From: a virus
DNA length: 42,776 nt
Direction: 5' to 3' (one strand)
IMG/VR virus record: IMGVR_UViG_3300005326_000027
Span: 1-42,776 of that record
Positions 1-7,549 of the stretch are shown piece by piece; position 1 is the first letter of the stretch; each line of letters begins with the position of its first letter. The notes below the pieces were generated by a model. The model was given only the letters and a program-made list of their open reading frames with translations, was not told the origin of the DNA and did no database searches. A program made the position numbers and the translations under genes.

Positions 1-123
1 GAAGTAATAGAGAAAAATGTTCCAGGTGGACTTCTTGACCTTCCTTTTGACGGAAATGATTACGCCCTGGGTTCTATTTTTAAACAGCCTGACCTCTCTA
101 CTCTCCCAGAATCCTTTTGGTAC
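1..123. repeat. Terminal direct repeat copy 1, identical to 42654..42776 (circular-assembly overlap or terminal redundancy)
   Basis: Base-by-base comparison: gaagtaatagagaaaaatg...atccttttggtac is present at both window ends (123 nt). Confidence 0.95.
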
Positions 124-891
124 GGCCCTCAACATATTAAGTCACAAGGGGATAGCGACCTCTGTTCAGGTTATGCCGTAACATCGGCCATTGAATTACA
201 CGAAGACGTAGAACTTTCCCCCGAATATCAGTTTGCACGCACCCGACAGCTCACTAACGCTCCTGTAGATATCTTTGGAGCTAACCTCCGCACCGCCTGT
301 TCTTCTGCTGTAAAGTTTGGTGCGAAAGAGTCTAAGTACATGCCGTGGACGCTCGAAAAGAACGGCAGAGACTTCTTTGCAGAGTTTTCCAACATCCCAG
401 CAGAAGCCGACAATGAAGCATTTGAACACCGCCAGAAGACATACTTCGCCGTGAAGGACGTAGGATATGACCTATTTGACGATATACGCCTCGCCATTCA
501 CTCTAATCGTGCAGAAGAGTGTGCAGTAGTCACAGGGGCTAAATGGCGTCCAGAATGGCTTTCTAGCAAGGACGGCATAATTCTCCCCGATTACGGGGAC
601 TGGGGGACAGGCCATGCGTTTGTAATACTTGGCTACCAGTGGAAACCTTCGGCCGTTTCTTTGAAGTACGAACACTATTTGGTTCTCCAGCTTTCTAGTG
701 GTGAGAAAGTGGGAAACAGAGGTTTGTTCTATATGGATAGAATGACGGCCAACAAGGAGTTACATTACGGCAACTTCCTTTTCCGTGATATAAACCCCAC
801 CTACGCACGATTCCTTTCTGAAACGGGCGAGAAGTACAGTCCTTCACTTCTAGGAAAACTTTCCTCTTATTACCGAGCATTATTTGCATGA
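1..891 (+). CDS. Papain-like (peptidase C1 family-like) cysteine peptidase. It is 5'-truncated at the window start; the true start is the ATG at 42621 across the circular junction (307 aa in total).
   Basis: Frame 1 is open from position 1 and in phase with ATG 42621. Motifs: SQGDSDLCSGYAVTS (Gln/Cys, like papain QGSCGSCWAFS), GHAFVILGY (His, like DHAVAAVGY) and a downstream GNRGLFYM. It lies directly after the holin-like gene. Confidence 0.7.
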   Translation, partial: EVIEKNVPGGLLDLPFDGNDYALGSIFKQPDLSTLPESFWYGPQHIKSQGDSDLCSGYAVTSAIELHEDVELSPEYQFARTRQLTNAPVDIFGANLRTACSSAVKFGAKESKYMPWTLEKNGRDFFAEFSNIPAEADNEAFEHRQKTYFAVKDVGYDLFDDIRLAIHSNRAEECAVVTGAKWRPEWLSSKDGIILPDYGDWGTGHAFVILGYQWKPSAVSLKYEHYLVLQLSSGEKVGNRGLFYMDRMTANKELHYGNFLFRDINPTYARFLSETGEKYSPSLLGKLSSYYRALFA

Positions 892-1367
892 AACAAAAAC
901 TATTAGAATTACTCCAGCAACTACTAGTAAAACTCATGGAAGCAGAACACAATCAAACCGAGAATAGCAAAAAACTCTATCTTTCGGCCTTCCTCGCTCT
1001 GGGCCAGAACTGGTGCAAGAACCACGACCTTGGCTGTGCGGAATCTGTAAACAACGTATTCAAACGTACCTTTGGACGTTCAATTGGCGGTGGAACTTCA
1101 ACGTACTTAATGTACCAAGCTCTGAAAGATACTAACCGCTTTATCAAAGTACAAAACCCTCTTCCTGGAGATGTAGTTATTTCGCCTTCGGGGTATGGAA
1201 ACAAAGTAATACCGAGTGGGCATACGGGAATCGTAGGCGAGGGTGAGTGGATTATGTCAAACGACAGCTCTACGGGTCTATTCAAACAGAACTTCACCCA
1301 CGCCTCATGGAACGCACGCTACAAAGTGAAAGGGAACTATCCCATTCATTACTTTAGAGTGCTTTAA
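888..1367 (+). CDS. CHAP / NlpC-P60-like cysteine peptidase, putative endolysin
   Basis: Cys motif LGCAESVNNVF, His motif SGHTGIVGEG, then MSND. Its start overlaps the stop of the upstream peptidase gene (ATGA). Confidence 0.6.
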   Translation: MKQKLLELLQQLLVKLMEAEHNQTENSKKLYLSAFLALGQNWCKNHDLGCAESVNNVFKRTFGRSIGGGTSTYLMYQALKDTNRFIKVQNPLPGDVVISPSGYGNKVIPSGHTGIVGEGEWIMSNDSSTGLFKQNFTHASWNARYKVKGNYPIHYFRVL

Positions 1368-1381
1368 TTCGTATCTACTCC

Positions 1382-1426
1382 CCAGCCCACGTGTTCACAC
1401 ATTGATTAGGGACACTCGTGGGCTGG
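1382..1426. other. Long hairpin between the convergent lysis and early transcription units
   Basis: ccagcccacg (1382-1391) is the perfect complement of cgtgggctgg (1417-1426), extendable by gtgt/acac. There is no flanking U-run. Confidence 0.4.
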
Positions 1427-1466
1427 AACGTGGGTGTGAGTGGATAACGTGGGGATAAGAAGGGGA

Positions 1467-1491
1467 TAAAAAAGAGCGTGCTGTGACGCTC
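1467..1491 (-). terminator. Intrinsic terminator ending the minus-strand early arm
   Basis: gagcgt (1474-1479) pairs with acgctc (1486-1491). The plus-strand A-run at 1467-1473 is a U-run after the hairpin on the minus strand. Confidence 0.6.
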
Positions 1492-1499
1492 CTGTAGGC

Positions 1500-1628
1500 T
1501 TAATGCCTTTTTTTCTGCTTCGGCGGTTCACGCTTGTTGGATTTCTCCCACTTCTCGTCTTGTTGCTCCTTCCGAATCTGGCGGAGATTTTCGAGTGTTC
1601 TCTCTCGCTGTTCGGAATTCTGCTTCAA
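1500..1628 (-). CDS. Small highly charged ORF (42 aa, TTG start) overlapping the stop of the upstream gene in another frame; expression mode unclear
   Basis: Hand translation: (L/M)KQNSEQRERTLENLRQIRKEQQDEKWEKSNKREPPKQKKRH*. It ends immediately before the terminator and has no ATG. Confidence 0.3.
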   Translation of the reverse strand: MKQNSEQRERTLENLRQIRKEQQDEKWEKSNKREPPKQKKRH

Positions 1629-1834
1629 GAGCCTTTCGCTTCGGGCAGAGCCGTAGGTTTGGCGCACTGCTCCTCCTCTTTCAGTATGTCAGCCTTGGTA
1701 ACTATGACGAGACCAGCCTTGTCAGCGTCATCACGTAGGCACCATTTACAAACATCAAAACGTGTCCGAGTGTCGTGGTAGGGCTTCTCGATGCGGATAG
1801 TACCGCCACATACATGGCAAGCCACGTAAGACAT
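1625..1834 (-). CDS. Zinc-ribbon miniprotein (69 aa)
   Basis: Internal ATG chosen because a perfect AAGGAGGTG Shine-Dalgarno lies 6 nt upstream (plus strand cacctcctt at 1841-1849). CHVCGG...CKWC motif. Confidence 0.65.
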   Translation of the reverse strand: MSYVACHVCGGTIRIEKPYHDTRTRFDVCKWCLRDDADKAGLVIVTKADILKEEEQCAKPTALPEAKGS

Positions 1835-1853
1835 AAAGAACACCTCCTTCCAG

Positions 1854-2387
1854 TTATACTCTATTACGTTTTCGCTTTTTTCCCAACAACTTCCTGCGCA
1901 GATTTTCTCTCCGATAACTTTCTCTTTTACATTCACGACAATAAGTATATTTAGCGTATCTCAAGATATCTTCCTCATTGGCAAGAAGATGCCTCTGTCT
2001 CCTACATTTTGAACCCACTGAAAGCTTATGCCCTAAACTACCGTTTCTCCAGCCTCCTCCACCGTTACGTTTGTATAAACCCATACTTTCTAGATATGAA
2101 ATACCCCGCTCAAGATTTACACGTAGAGAAACAGGTTCAAGGTGTTTTGGATTTACGCACGATGTGTTTCTGCATAGATGATCGATGACCAATCCGTTGG
2201 GGATGGTGTCTACAAAAAATTCATACGATGCTCTGTGTGCCATATATGTTTTGTATTTATATCCAAAACGTCCATATCCTTTAGAGTCTTTAGTGTGCAA
2301 CCATAGCCAACATTCTTTTTCTTCACCCACCCGAAAAAATCTTAAAAACCTTTGTAAAAAGCTGTCCGTCTTCCTATTTTTAAACAT
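1854..2387 (-). CDS. HNH homing endonuclease
   Basis: GYGRFGYK...AHRASYE...VIDHLCRNTSCVNPKHLE is typical of the phage HNH_3-type endonuclease signature. Confidence 0.8.
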   Translation of the reverse strand: MFKNRKTDSFLQRFLRFFRVGEEKECWLWLHTKDSKGYGRFGYKYKTYMAHRASYEFFVDTIPNGLVIDHLCRNTSCVNPKHLEPVSLRVNLERGISYLESMGLYKRNGGGGWRNGSLGHKLSVGSKCRRQRHLLANEEDILRYAKYTYCRECKRESYRRENLRRKLLGKKRKRNRV

Positions 2388-2486
2388 AAAACCCCAACTT
2401 AGACCGGAGATTCACCTTCGCAGATGAAGCCCCCGTCTAAAATGGGGTTTGGGGCGGTGTCCGGTCACGGATTTCTCCGTTCCACT

Positions 2487-2495
2487 AGTGTACCA
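2487..2495 (-). promoter_or_regulatory. Extended -10 promoter (TGgTACACT) for the HNH transcript, leaving a leader of about 90 nt
   Basis: The reverse complement of 2487-2495 reads TGGTACACT. It sits back-to-back with the plus-strand promoter at 2511. Confidence 0.4.
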
Positions 2496-2510
2496 TACTT
2501 TCGAACCCCG

Positions 2511-2519
2511 TGTTACAAT
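2511..2519 (+). promoter_or_regulatory. Extended -10 promoter (TGtTACAAT) 6 nt upstream of ATG 2526 (leaderless)
   Basis: tgttacaat followed by atatcc then ATG. Confidence 0.5.
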
Positions 2520-2525
2520 ATATCC

Positions 2526-2777
2526 ATGATAAAAGAATTTTCAAAAGAGCTTTTCAGTTCAAATCGCCTCAAGTCATATTTATGGCGTAGTGCTATGGCA
2601 GGAGTAGCGTATGGCCTCACGATTCTTGCTATTCAAATTCAAGCATGGCCAGCAACAGGGGACGCATCGGTAGCACTCTTCACGGCTATTGCACTTGGCC
2701 TAGGTGAGTTGTCAAAAGGCATCTCGAACTACCTTAAAAAAGAGGAAGAGGAAGGTGCTGGAGGTGGAATTGCGTAG
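2526..2777 (+). CDS. Small two-TM membrane protein with a charged C-terminus (holin-like topology)
   Basis: Hydrophobic stretches AMAGVAYGLTILAIQIQAW and ASVALFTAIALGLGEL, with tail KKEEEEGAGGGIA. The internal ATG was chosen over the longer ORF because of the adjacent promoter. Confidence 0.5.
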   Translation: MIKEFSKELFSSNRLKSYLWRSAMAGVAYGLTILAIQIQAWPATGDASVALFTAIALGLGELSKGISNYLKKEEEEGAGGGIA

Positions 2778-2826
2778 GAATCTTACATCTTCATAGGCAA
2801 TTTGTAGGATTCGGTATAAAGTCTAC

Positions 2827-2860
2827 ATGTGGAGTTTTCACTTTCTCCACATCTTTGTTT
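2827..2860 (+). terminator. Intrinsic terminator
   Basis: atgtggag (2827-2834) pairs with ctccacat (2845-2852), followed by ctttgttt. Confidence 0.6.
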
Positions 2861-2872
2861 GCAAACGCATTA

Positions 2873-2899
2873 AATCGCTTCTCGTGGAGGCGATTTTTT
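2873..2899. terminator. Second hairpin plus T-run, possibly bidirectional
   Basis: aatcgcttc ... gaggcgatt stem (one G-U pair) followed by tttttt at 2894-2899. Confidence 0.45.
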
Positions 2900-2934
2900 G
2901 TTTCTCTACTCTCGCCGTGAAGTGTTCGTAACCA

Positions 2935-3417
2935 TTACAGCCCTATCAAAATCATGCACTCAAGAATTGCATCGTGTAGCTTCTTTACCGTCCTTCCGCG
3001 AGCCACCAATAAGTAAAACTCTTCCTCACCAAGCCATTTTTTCATAAAAAGAGTGTAGCCGCCGTCGTACCCCTGATCTTCTTTCGTCTGCTTCTGATAT
3101 TCAAAGCCGAGTAGCTTACTTTTGAAATGGTGGAACCAACAGAGCGCAATACAGTTCTTTGGGTCATAGCGTGTAGCCTTGTGCGCTCGCCCTATGTAGT
3201 GGGAACATTGGAGTTTAGCTATCTCCACCACTTTACAGCCAGGGAACATGCATCGTCCGTCACGCTTGCGTATAAACAGGCTAAATTCGTCGTCAGTGGT
3301 GTCCATTGACCACAGTTGAGGTTTGGGTAGCTTTGAGGGTTTTTTAGTAACCTTGGGCTTTGTAGAGCGTGCTTTTCTTTTCCAAGCGGTCCTCTTTAAA
3401 CCCACCTTTCTTTGCAT
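2935..3417 (-). CDS. NinG/Rap-like structure-specific endonuclease
   Basis: FIRKRDGRCMFPGC...LQCSHYIGRAH..TRYDPKNCIALCWFHH matches my recollection of the lambda NinG cysteine/histidine pattern. Basic N-terminus. Confidence 0.55.
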   Translation of the reverse strand: MQRKVGLKRTAWKRKARSTKPKVTKKPSKLPKPQLWSMDTTDDEFSLFIRKRDGRCMFPGCKVVEIAKLQCSHYIGRAHKATRYDPKNCIALCWFHHFKSKLLGFEYQKQTKEDQGYDGGYTLFMKKWLGEEEFYLLVARGRTVKKLHDAILECMILIGL

Positions 3418-3423
3418 CTGTCA

Positions 3424-3434
3424 ATTATACCACG
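3424..3434 (-). promoter_or_regulatory. Extended -10 promoter CGTGGTATAAT, 6 nt upstream of ATG 3417 (leaderless)
   Basis: The reverse complement of attataccacg. Same motif as the plus-strand late promoters. Confidence 0.6.
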
Positions 3435-3470
3435 AAAAAACAGAAAACCGTCCTGTTACAGACGGCTTAC

Positions 3471-3845
3471 TTATTTTCTTCTTTCCCCAAAGATATATTT
3501 CTTTAATTTCCTATAGAAAAAGAAGGCAATCTTTTTAGAGAAACTCCCATTCTTAATAATTTGTCCAATTATTTTACTCCTTTTGGTTGCAATTTTTTGT
3601 TGAACGGCAAAGGAAGTTTTCGCCATCCGGTCACCTTTTTCTAAGATATCGTATCTCTTGAAATCACCGTTGTATCTTGCATAAACACGCCTCCAGAAAT
3701 CGTCCATATCTTTTACATAAAACATGATCCCCAAGTAACCGTTATTTTGGATTCTTGAATGGTCAATGAGGTACTGCCATAGCGCCTTTCTCTGATCTTC
3801 GGTAAATGTTTCAGAGAAATCACGCCAAGAGTTTAACTTGTTCAT
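3471..3845 (-). CDS. Hypothetical protein
   Basis: 124-aa ORF with an ATG start on the early strand. Confidence 0.55.
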   Translation of the reverse strand: MNKLNSWRDFSETFTEDQRKALWQYLIDHSRIQNNGYLGIMFYVKDMDDFWRRVYARYNGDFKRYDILEKGDRMAKTSFAVQQKIATKRSKIIGQIIKNGSFSKKIAFFFYRKLKKYIFGERRK

Positions 3846-3884
3846 TTACTTTTTTATTACTACAACCGAGAAGGTTGTTTTGTT

Positions 3885-4013
3885 TCATTTCCCAAACGTC
3901 AAATACTCATCCTTACAAAGTCTATCGGGGCAAAAGTCTCCTAAAGAAACGTCCAACATGTTGGCGCCACACAACTTGCACTTTGGGTATACTTCTTCGA
4001 TTGTTTGTACCAT
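3885..4013 (-). CDS. Zinc-ribbon miniprotein (42 aa)
   Basis: Hand translation: MVQTIEEVYPKCKLCGANMLDVSLGDFCPDRLCKDEYLTFGK*. Confidence 0.4.
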   Translation of the reverse strand: MVQTIEEVYPKCKLCGANMLDVSLGDFCPDRLCKDEYLTFGK

Positions 4014-4146
4014 TTTTTTATTCTTTAAGCGGTACTCTATAGGGGAACTGTTCCCCACCCTTCTACTGCGGACATGTTCGGGCTAAACCGATAGTTGTTA
4101 CAGGTATTTCGCCATGCTAGCTGTGCTTTTTATGCACGCATGAGAA

Positions 4147-4318
4147 GAGTGAGGAACTGTGAGGAGCAGATACCCCCGTTCTAGGCTTGGCCAACTTACG
4201 ACATCCAGAGGGGCTTCCACCACGTCTGGTTGCACCTAGAACCGCAGGGCGTATCCACTCCCCACACCAAGTGGGGTACAGATTGTCCCCTACTTGACGT
4301 TATTTTATCACCTCACTC
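4147..4318 (-). ncRNA. Candidate structured RNA element A (unclassified): five nested helices forming a rod
   Basis: Complementary pairs: 4147-4154/4311-4318, 4158-4166/4258-4266 (a G-U pair only on the minus strand), 4169-4173/4251-4255, 4178-4185/4235-4242 and 4205-4209/4225-4229. No minus-strand ORF. Confidence 0.5.
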
Positions 4319-4693
4319 ATCTTTCTTGTAGTTATTGTGGAGGGAGTCGATGGCCCTAGAAGTGTCAGCAATACCTTCTCGCCAGCCGTCGTGTCCTCTG
4401 TCCATGTCATTTTCACAGCCTTCTTTACATTTCAGGTCGTCCACCACTCCCTTCGCTGCTTCAAGAGCTGAACGATAGCCTGTTTTCACTCCTTCTTCGA
4501 AGAGATGAGTGCTTTGTTTTCCAGTAACTTCTTGGAGTGTAGCGATACGGGCTGAGGAGTATGCCATATCCCATGTTGCGTTTATAATCTCAGCCACTTT
4601 TCTTCTCATCGGCTCATAGAGAGGCCCCATTCCCTCGGTGTCTTTTTCAAAACCCCCCAGCATCTCCCCCTTGGTTTTATAGTGTTGTGTCAT
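4313..4693 (-). CDS. Hypothetical protein
   Basis: 126-aa ORF, ATGA-coupled to the upstream gene. Confidence 0.6.
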   Translation of the reverse strand: MTQHYKTKGEMLGGFEKDTEGMGPLYEPMRRKVAEIINATWDMAYSSARIATLQEVTGKQSTHLFEEGVKTGYRSALEAAKGVVDDLKCKEGCENDMDRGHDGWREGIADTSRAIDSLHNNYKKDE

Positions 4694-4986
4694 TGGGTGA
4701 GTTTCTCTGCCTTACTAATCCTCCTTCTACCCCAACTTGCAGAGGTCTTTAGTTGCTCCTCTTTGGAAAGACTACTGTAAGTATCTTTTGCATAACGTGC
4801 CCACTCAAGAAATGCTTTTTCATGACCAGATGTCACAATTTTTTCGGCCACATCTGGCGCGTAGGCTCCGACGTCCCATACTCTTTTTTTGTACCAAGAG
4901 GCAACGTTCCTTAAACCAAGCCAGTAGCACGCTTGCGCTATGGCGTGGGCTTTTTCCATTTGCTGCATGTTTTGGATTTTTTCCAT
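4690..4986 (-). CDS. Hypothetical protein
   Basis: 98-aa ORF. Confidence 0.55.
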   Translation of the reverse strand: MEKIQNMQQMEKAHAIAQACYWLGLRNVASWYKKRVWDVGAYAPDVAEKIVTSGHEKAFLEWARYAKDTYSSLSKEEQLKTSASWGRRRISKAEKLTQ

Positions 4987-5050
4987 ACCTTACGTGTTAT
5001 GTGATGCTAATTCTCCCTCACCTTTCTCTCTAAGGGATAGGGGGGGGGAG

Positions 5051-5353
5051 TTACTGTAGTTTTTCATCACCTATCCACTCGAATCGTTCCAACTCGTATG
5101 TTTTACCGTTTGCGTGGCAGACGAGGTCAATTAAATAATTACCTTCCACCGATGTAATACCGTTGTGTTTCATACAGATGGCAATTGCACGATAAAGACC
5201 ATTTCCAATTGCACCTGTTGCTTCGGCGGAAATCATATCTTCCTTTGACCACGTTTTTACAAGTGTCACAGGTGTTGTACCACGCCACGAGAGATAGGTG
5301 AGTCCTCCCGCACCTATGAGAATACCAAGCAGAATAAGCAGTGCGTTTTTCAT
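5051..5353 (-). CDS. N-terminally membrane-anchored or secreted small protein
   Basis: N-terminus MKNALLILLGILIGAGGLTYL. Confidence 0.55.
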   Translation of the reverse strand: MKNALLILLGILIGAGGLTYLSWRGTTPVTLVKTWSKEDMISAEATGAIGNGLYRAIAICMKHNGITSVEGNYLIDLVCHANGKTYELERFEWIGDEKLQ

Positions 5354-5357
5354 ATCT

Positions 5358-5702
5358 TTATTTCTTTTCCTCTAACGCTTGTAATAGTGAGGAGAGGCCA
5401 GCATTGAACGAAACATCTTTTAGAACCTTCACGCCGTTTTCCAAGGCTGTTGTATTCGGCAGAAAGGCCTCGTCTTTTCTCATTTTCCCCGCTATCTCCC
5501 TCACACTTCCGAGCATCTCCTCTCTCCCTCTTTCATAGGCAAGAGCTTCGCGTTCGAGGAGGAAGGCTTTAACGGTATCCGCATCAACTTCCCAGTGGTC
5601 TCCATAGTCAATTGTTAAGAAACCACCGTTTGCGTAAGATTTTCCTGCTCTTTCATCAAACAACGTCTCACTTTCTCTTTGGTGTTGGGGGAGTGAAGTC
5701 AT
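5358..5702 (-). CDS. Hypothetical protein
   Basis: ATG at 5702 preferred over the GTG at 5723. Confidence 0.5.
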   Translation of the reverse strand: MTSLPQHQRESETLFDERAGKSYANGGFLTIDYGDHWEVDADTVKAFLLEREALAYERGREEMLGSVREIAGKMRKDEAFLPNTTALENGVKVLKDVSFNAGLSSLLQALEEKK

Positions 5703-5704
5703 GG

Positions 5705-5788
5705 TTAGTTCGGTACCACCCACAAGAATAACAGCACCACACCGATAATAAAGGCCAGGAACGCAAGTGTTACTTTCACCATAGCCAT
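5705..5788 (-). CDS. Possible 27-aa hydrophobic peptide
   Basis: Hand translation: MAMVKVTLAFLAFIIGVVLLFLWVVPN*. Its stop is 2 nt before the next ATG. Confidence 0.3.
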   Translation of the reverse strand: MAMVKVTLAFLAFIIGVVLLFLWVVPN

Positions 5789-5804
5789 TTCAGTAGGTTC
5801 ATCG

Positions 5805-5832
5805 AGCGCACCGAGGTCAGCGCACCGAGGTC
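5805..5832. repeat. 14-bp perfect tandem duplication (agcgcaccgaggtc x2)
   Basis: Read directly. It contains the same TGCGCT/AGCGCA core as the 9-bp array at 10891. Confidence 0.8.
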
Positions 5833-5881
5833 GAGGTATTCCATTTCGTCGTTGTTGTGTTTCATTGTTTTAGTAGTTGTT

Positions 5882-6217
5882 TTAATTGTGTTTGTATTCT
5901 TCTTCACCACGTTTGTAGATGCGTTTGCAAGTTCGTAGAATTTCGAGAAGTGTTGCGTGCGCTCGCTCTGCTTCTTTATAGGTTCGATGTTCTTCTGTGG
6001 CTTCACTTCGCAATTTACCTTCCGCAACAGACTTTGAAGAGGTCAAGAGTTCGAGCTTCTTTACGTTGTACTCATGCTCTCGTGCCGTGAGTACCGTAGC
6101 GATGTTGGCAAGAATAGCGGTAGCTTGCACCAAGAGTCCTTCGGCAATTACGGGAGTGAGGGTATCTGGTCGTTCTTGGTGTAGCTGATACAGTGCCAAA
6201 AACTTGTTGTAGTTCAT
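5882..6217 (-). CDS. Hypothetical coiled-coil protein
   Basis: 111-aa ORF with a TAATG overlap to the upstream gene. Confidence 0.55.
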   Translation of the reverse strand: MNYNKFLALYQLHQERPDTLTPVIAEGLLVQATAILANIATVLTAREHEYNVKKLELLTSSKSVAEGKLRSEATEEHRTYKEAERAHATLLEILRTCKRIYKRGEEEYKHN

Positions 6218-6873
6218 TAGAATGGACTATCTGCAAACGGATCTTTAAGTATTTCCTTTGGATAGCCACCTAGGCCTCCTACTTTCACCGTCTCGTTAGG
6301 GTCTGATTCACCTTGATTCATCATTGACTGATATTCCTGTGAGGACATTACTTTCTCTTTAATAAAGTTTGGAAGTTTATCAAAGTATTCCTGATCCCAG
6401 TTTTGGTAGGTCTGAATACGAGAAGGATTAACTTGTGCGGGCTTCTCCATGCCTTTCATTAAAGGCGAGGTTGAGGCGATGCGTGCGTAGGTATTCCCCT
6501 TAGCGTTAGTCTTGTGAATGATGTTTAAGAGGCAGGACTTTCCCACAAGAGACTCTACATCGAAGTGCTCCGCATCGTGGTCTGACATTTTTCCCATCAT
6601 GCCCTCTACAATTTTTCGTAGGTTAGACTTTTCACCGAAAGAAAGTGTGTACTCTTCGGAGATAACTCGTGGCTGTGGGCCGTTCTCTTGTTTGAATACA
6701 TGGAGTTCGTTAGGAAGCTCCCAGGTGAGGCGTATTTTAGCAGTATCACGGGCGATACCTTCGTATGAATCAGGAATAGTACCAATGAAGAGGAAATTGT
6801 AGAGCGTGGCGATGTGTGTTCCTGCTGTAATTTCTTGAATGTCTCGTTTCATTACTGGTGCAAATGTTGGCAT
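6217..6873 (-). CDS. Hypothetical protein, possibly SSB-like
   Basis: 218-aa ORF. The C-terminal tail ...KDPFADSPF resembles the acidic D-x-P-F tips of ssDNA-binding proteins. There is no other support. Confidence 0.5.
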   Translation of the reverse strand: MPTFAPVMKRDIQEITAGTHIATLYNFLFIGTIPDSYEGIARDTAKIRLTWELPNELHVFKQENGPQPRVISEEYTLSFGEKSNLRKIVEGMMGKMSDHDAEHFDVESLVGKSCLLNIIHKTNAKGNTYARIASTSPLMKGMEKPAQVNPSRIQTYQNWDQEYFDKLPNFIKEKVMSSQEYQSMMNQGESDPNETVKVGGLGGYPKEILKDPFADSPF

Positions 6874-6937
6874 TTTGGTTGTTTTATTTTGTTTAATAAG
6901 TACCTCTAGTATGGCTCTAATTAGCCATATTGTCTAG

Positions 6938-7096
6938 TTATTCGCACGTTCGGTCTATCTCTTTTCTAAGTTGATATATCTCTCCGATCTCCAGAATCAT
7001 CTCGAGATCGTCACGGTGAAAAATGTAGTACTTTTTTCCATGAGTCACTCCATCCCTAAACTCTTCCCGAATCTCTATCCTTATTTCTTTTTCCAT
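6938..7096 (-). CDS. Hypothetical small protein
   Basis: ATG 7096 preferred, because the 7183 start in the ORF track is a TTG. Confidence 0.4.
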   Translation of the reverse strand: MEKEIRIEIREEFRDGVTHGKKYYIFHRDDLEMILEIGEIYQLRKEIDRTCE

Positions 7097-7106
7097 GTTA
7101 CTTACG

Positions 7107-7238
7107 TTAGCGTTTACCAATCCACACCCACAGAAGGCAGTTAAATGCCCATGCCATTGCGTGATAGTTTTCAATAATTGCAAAGCTAATAATAGCTACA
7201 ACACACAAGACGCTCATTATTACCCTTTCTGTTTTCAT
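7107..7238 (-). CDS. Possible 43-aa membrane miniprotein
   Basis: Hand translation: MKTERVIMSVLCVVAIISFAIIENYHAMAWAFNCLLWVWIGKR*. Confidence 0.35.
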   Translation of the reverse strand: MKTERVIMSVLCVVAIISFAIIENYHAMAWAFNCLLWVWIGKR

Positions 7239-7240
7239 AG

Positions 7241-7351
7241 CTAGTTGGTTTTAGCTTCCTCTCGTGCTTCTTCTGTATCACAGCGCATCTCTTCAATTCT
7301 ATCGTTTTGCTCATGTTCAAACTCTCCTACGCCATATTCTTGGGGTTCCAT
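7241..7351 (-). CDS. Possible 36-aa acidic miniprotein
   Basis: Hand translation: MEPQEYGVGEFEHEQNDRIEEMRCDTEEAREEAKTN*. Confidence 0.3.
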   Translation of the reverse strand: MEPQEYGVGEFEHEQNDRIEEMRCDTEEAREEAKTN

Positions 7352-7368
7352 GTGTAGTATTCGTTTAG

Positions 7369-7524
7369 TTAGGCCTCCAGAGCGTCTATATCGCTCACCA
7401 TGCCTCGTAGTTCATCACAGGTAGGGCAACCTACCACCTCGCCACATTCCTCCTTCCTGTGAAGATTCCAGAGGAGGTCAATTTTCTTAATCATTTCTTG
7501 TTTGTTTTGGTTTAGTGTTTGCAT
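7369..7524 (-). CDS. Cys-containing miniprotein (51 aa)
   Basis: Internal ATG avoids overlap with 7550..7774. Motif ECGEVVGCPTC. Confidence 0.45.
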   Translation of the reverse strand: MQTLNQNKQEMIKKIDLLWNLHRKEECGEVVGCPTCDELRGMVSDIDALEA

Positions 7525-7549
7525 AGTTTTGTTTGTTTTAAGTGTTTTG

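Noticed and set aside
1854-2525. Group I/II intron harbouring the HNH gene. Elements A-C were also considered as possible introns.
   Set aside because: No interrupted host gene is visible on either side of any element. No reverse transcriptase ORF is present. I could not find a domain-V-like or P7/G-binding consensus by eye. cmscan should still be run.
3806-4086. Plus-strand ORFs 3806..4042 and 3838..4086.
   Set aside because: They lie antisense to the early transcription direction, overlap each other, and have low-complexity hydrophobic composition. A minus-strand zinc-ribbon ORF (3885..4013) fits the operon better.
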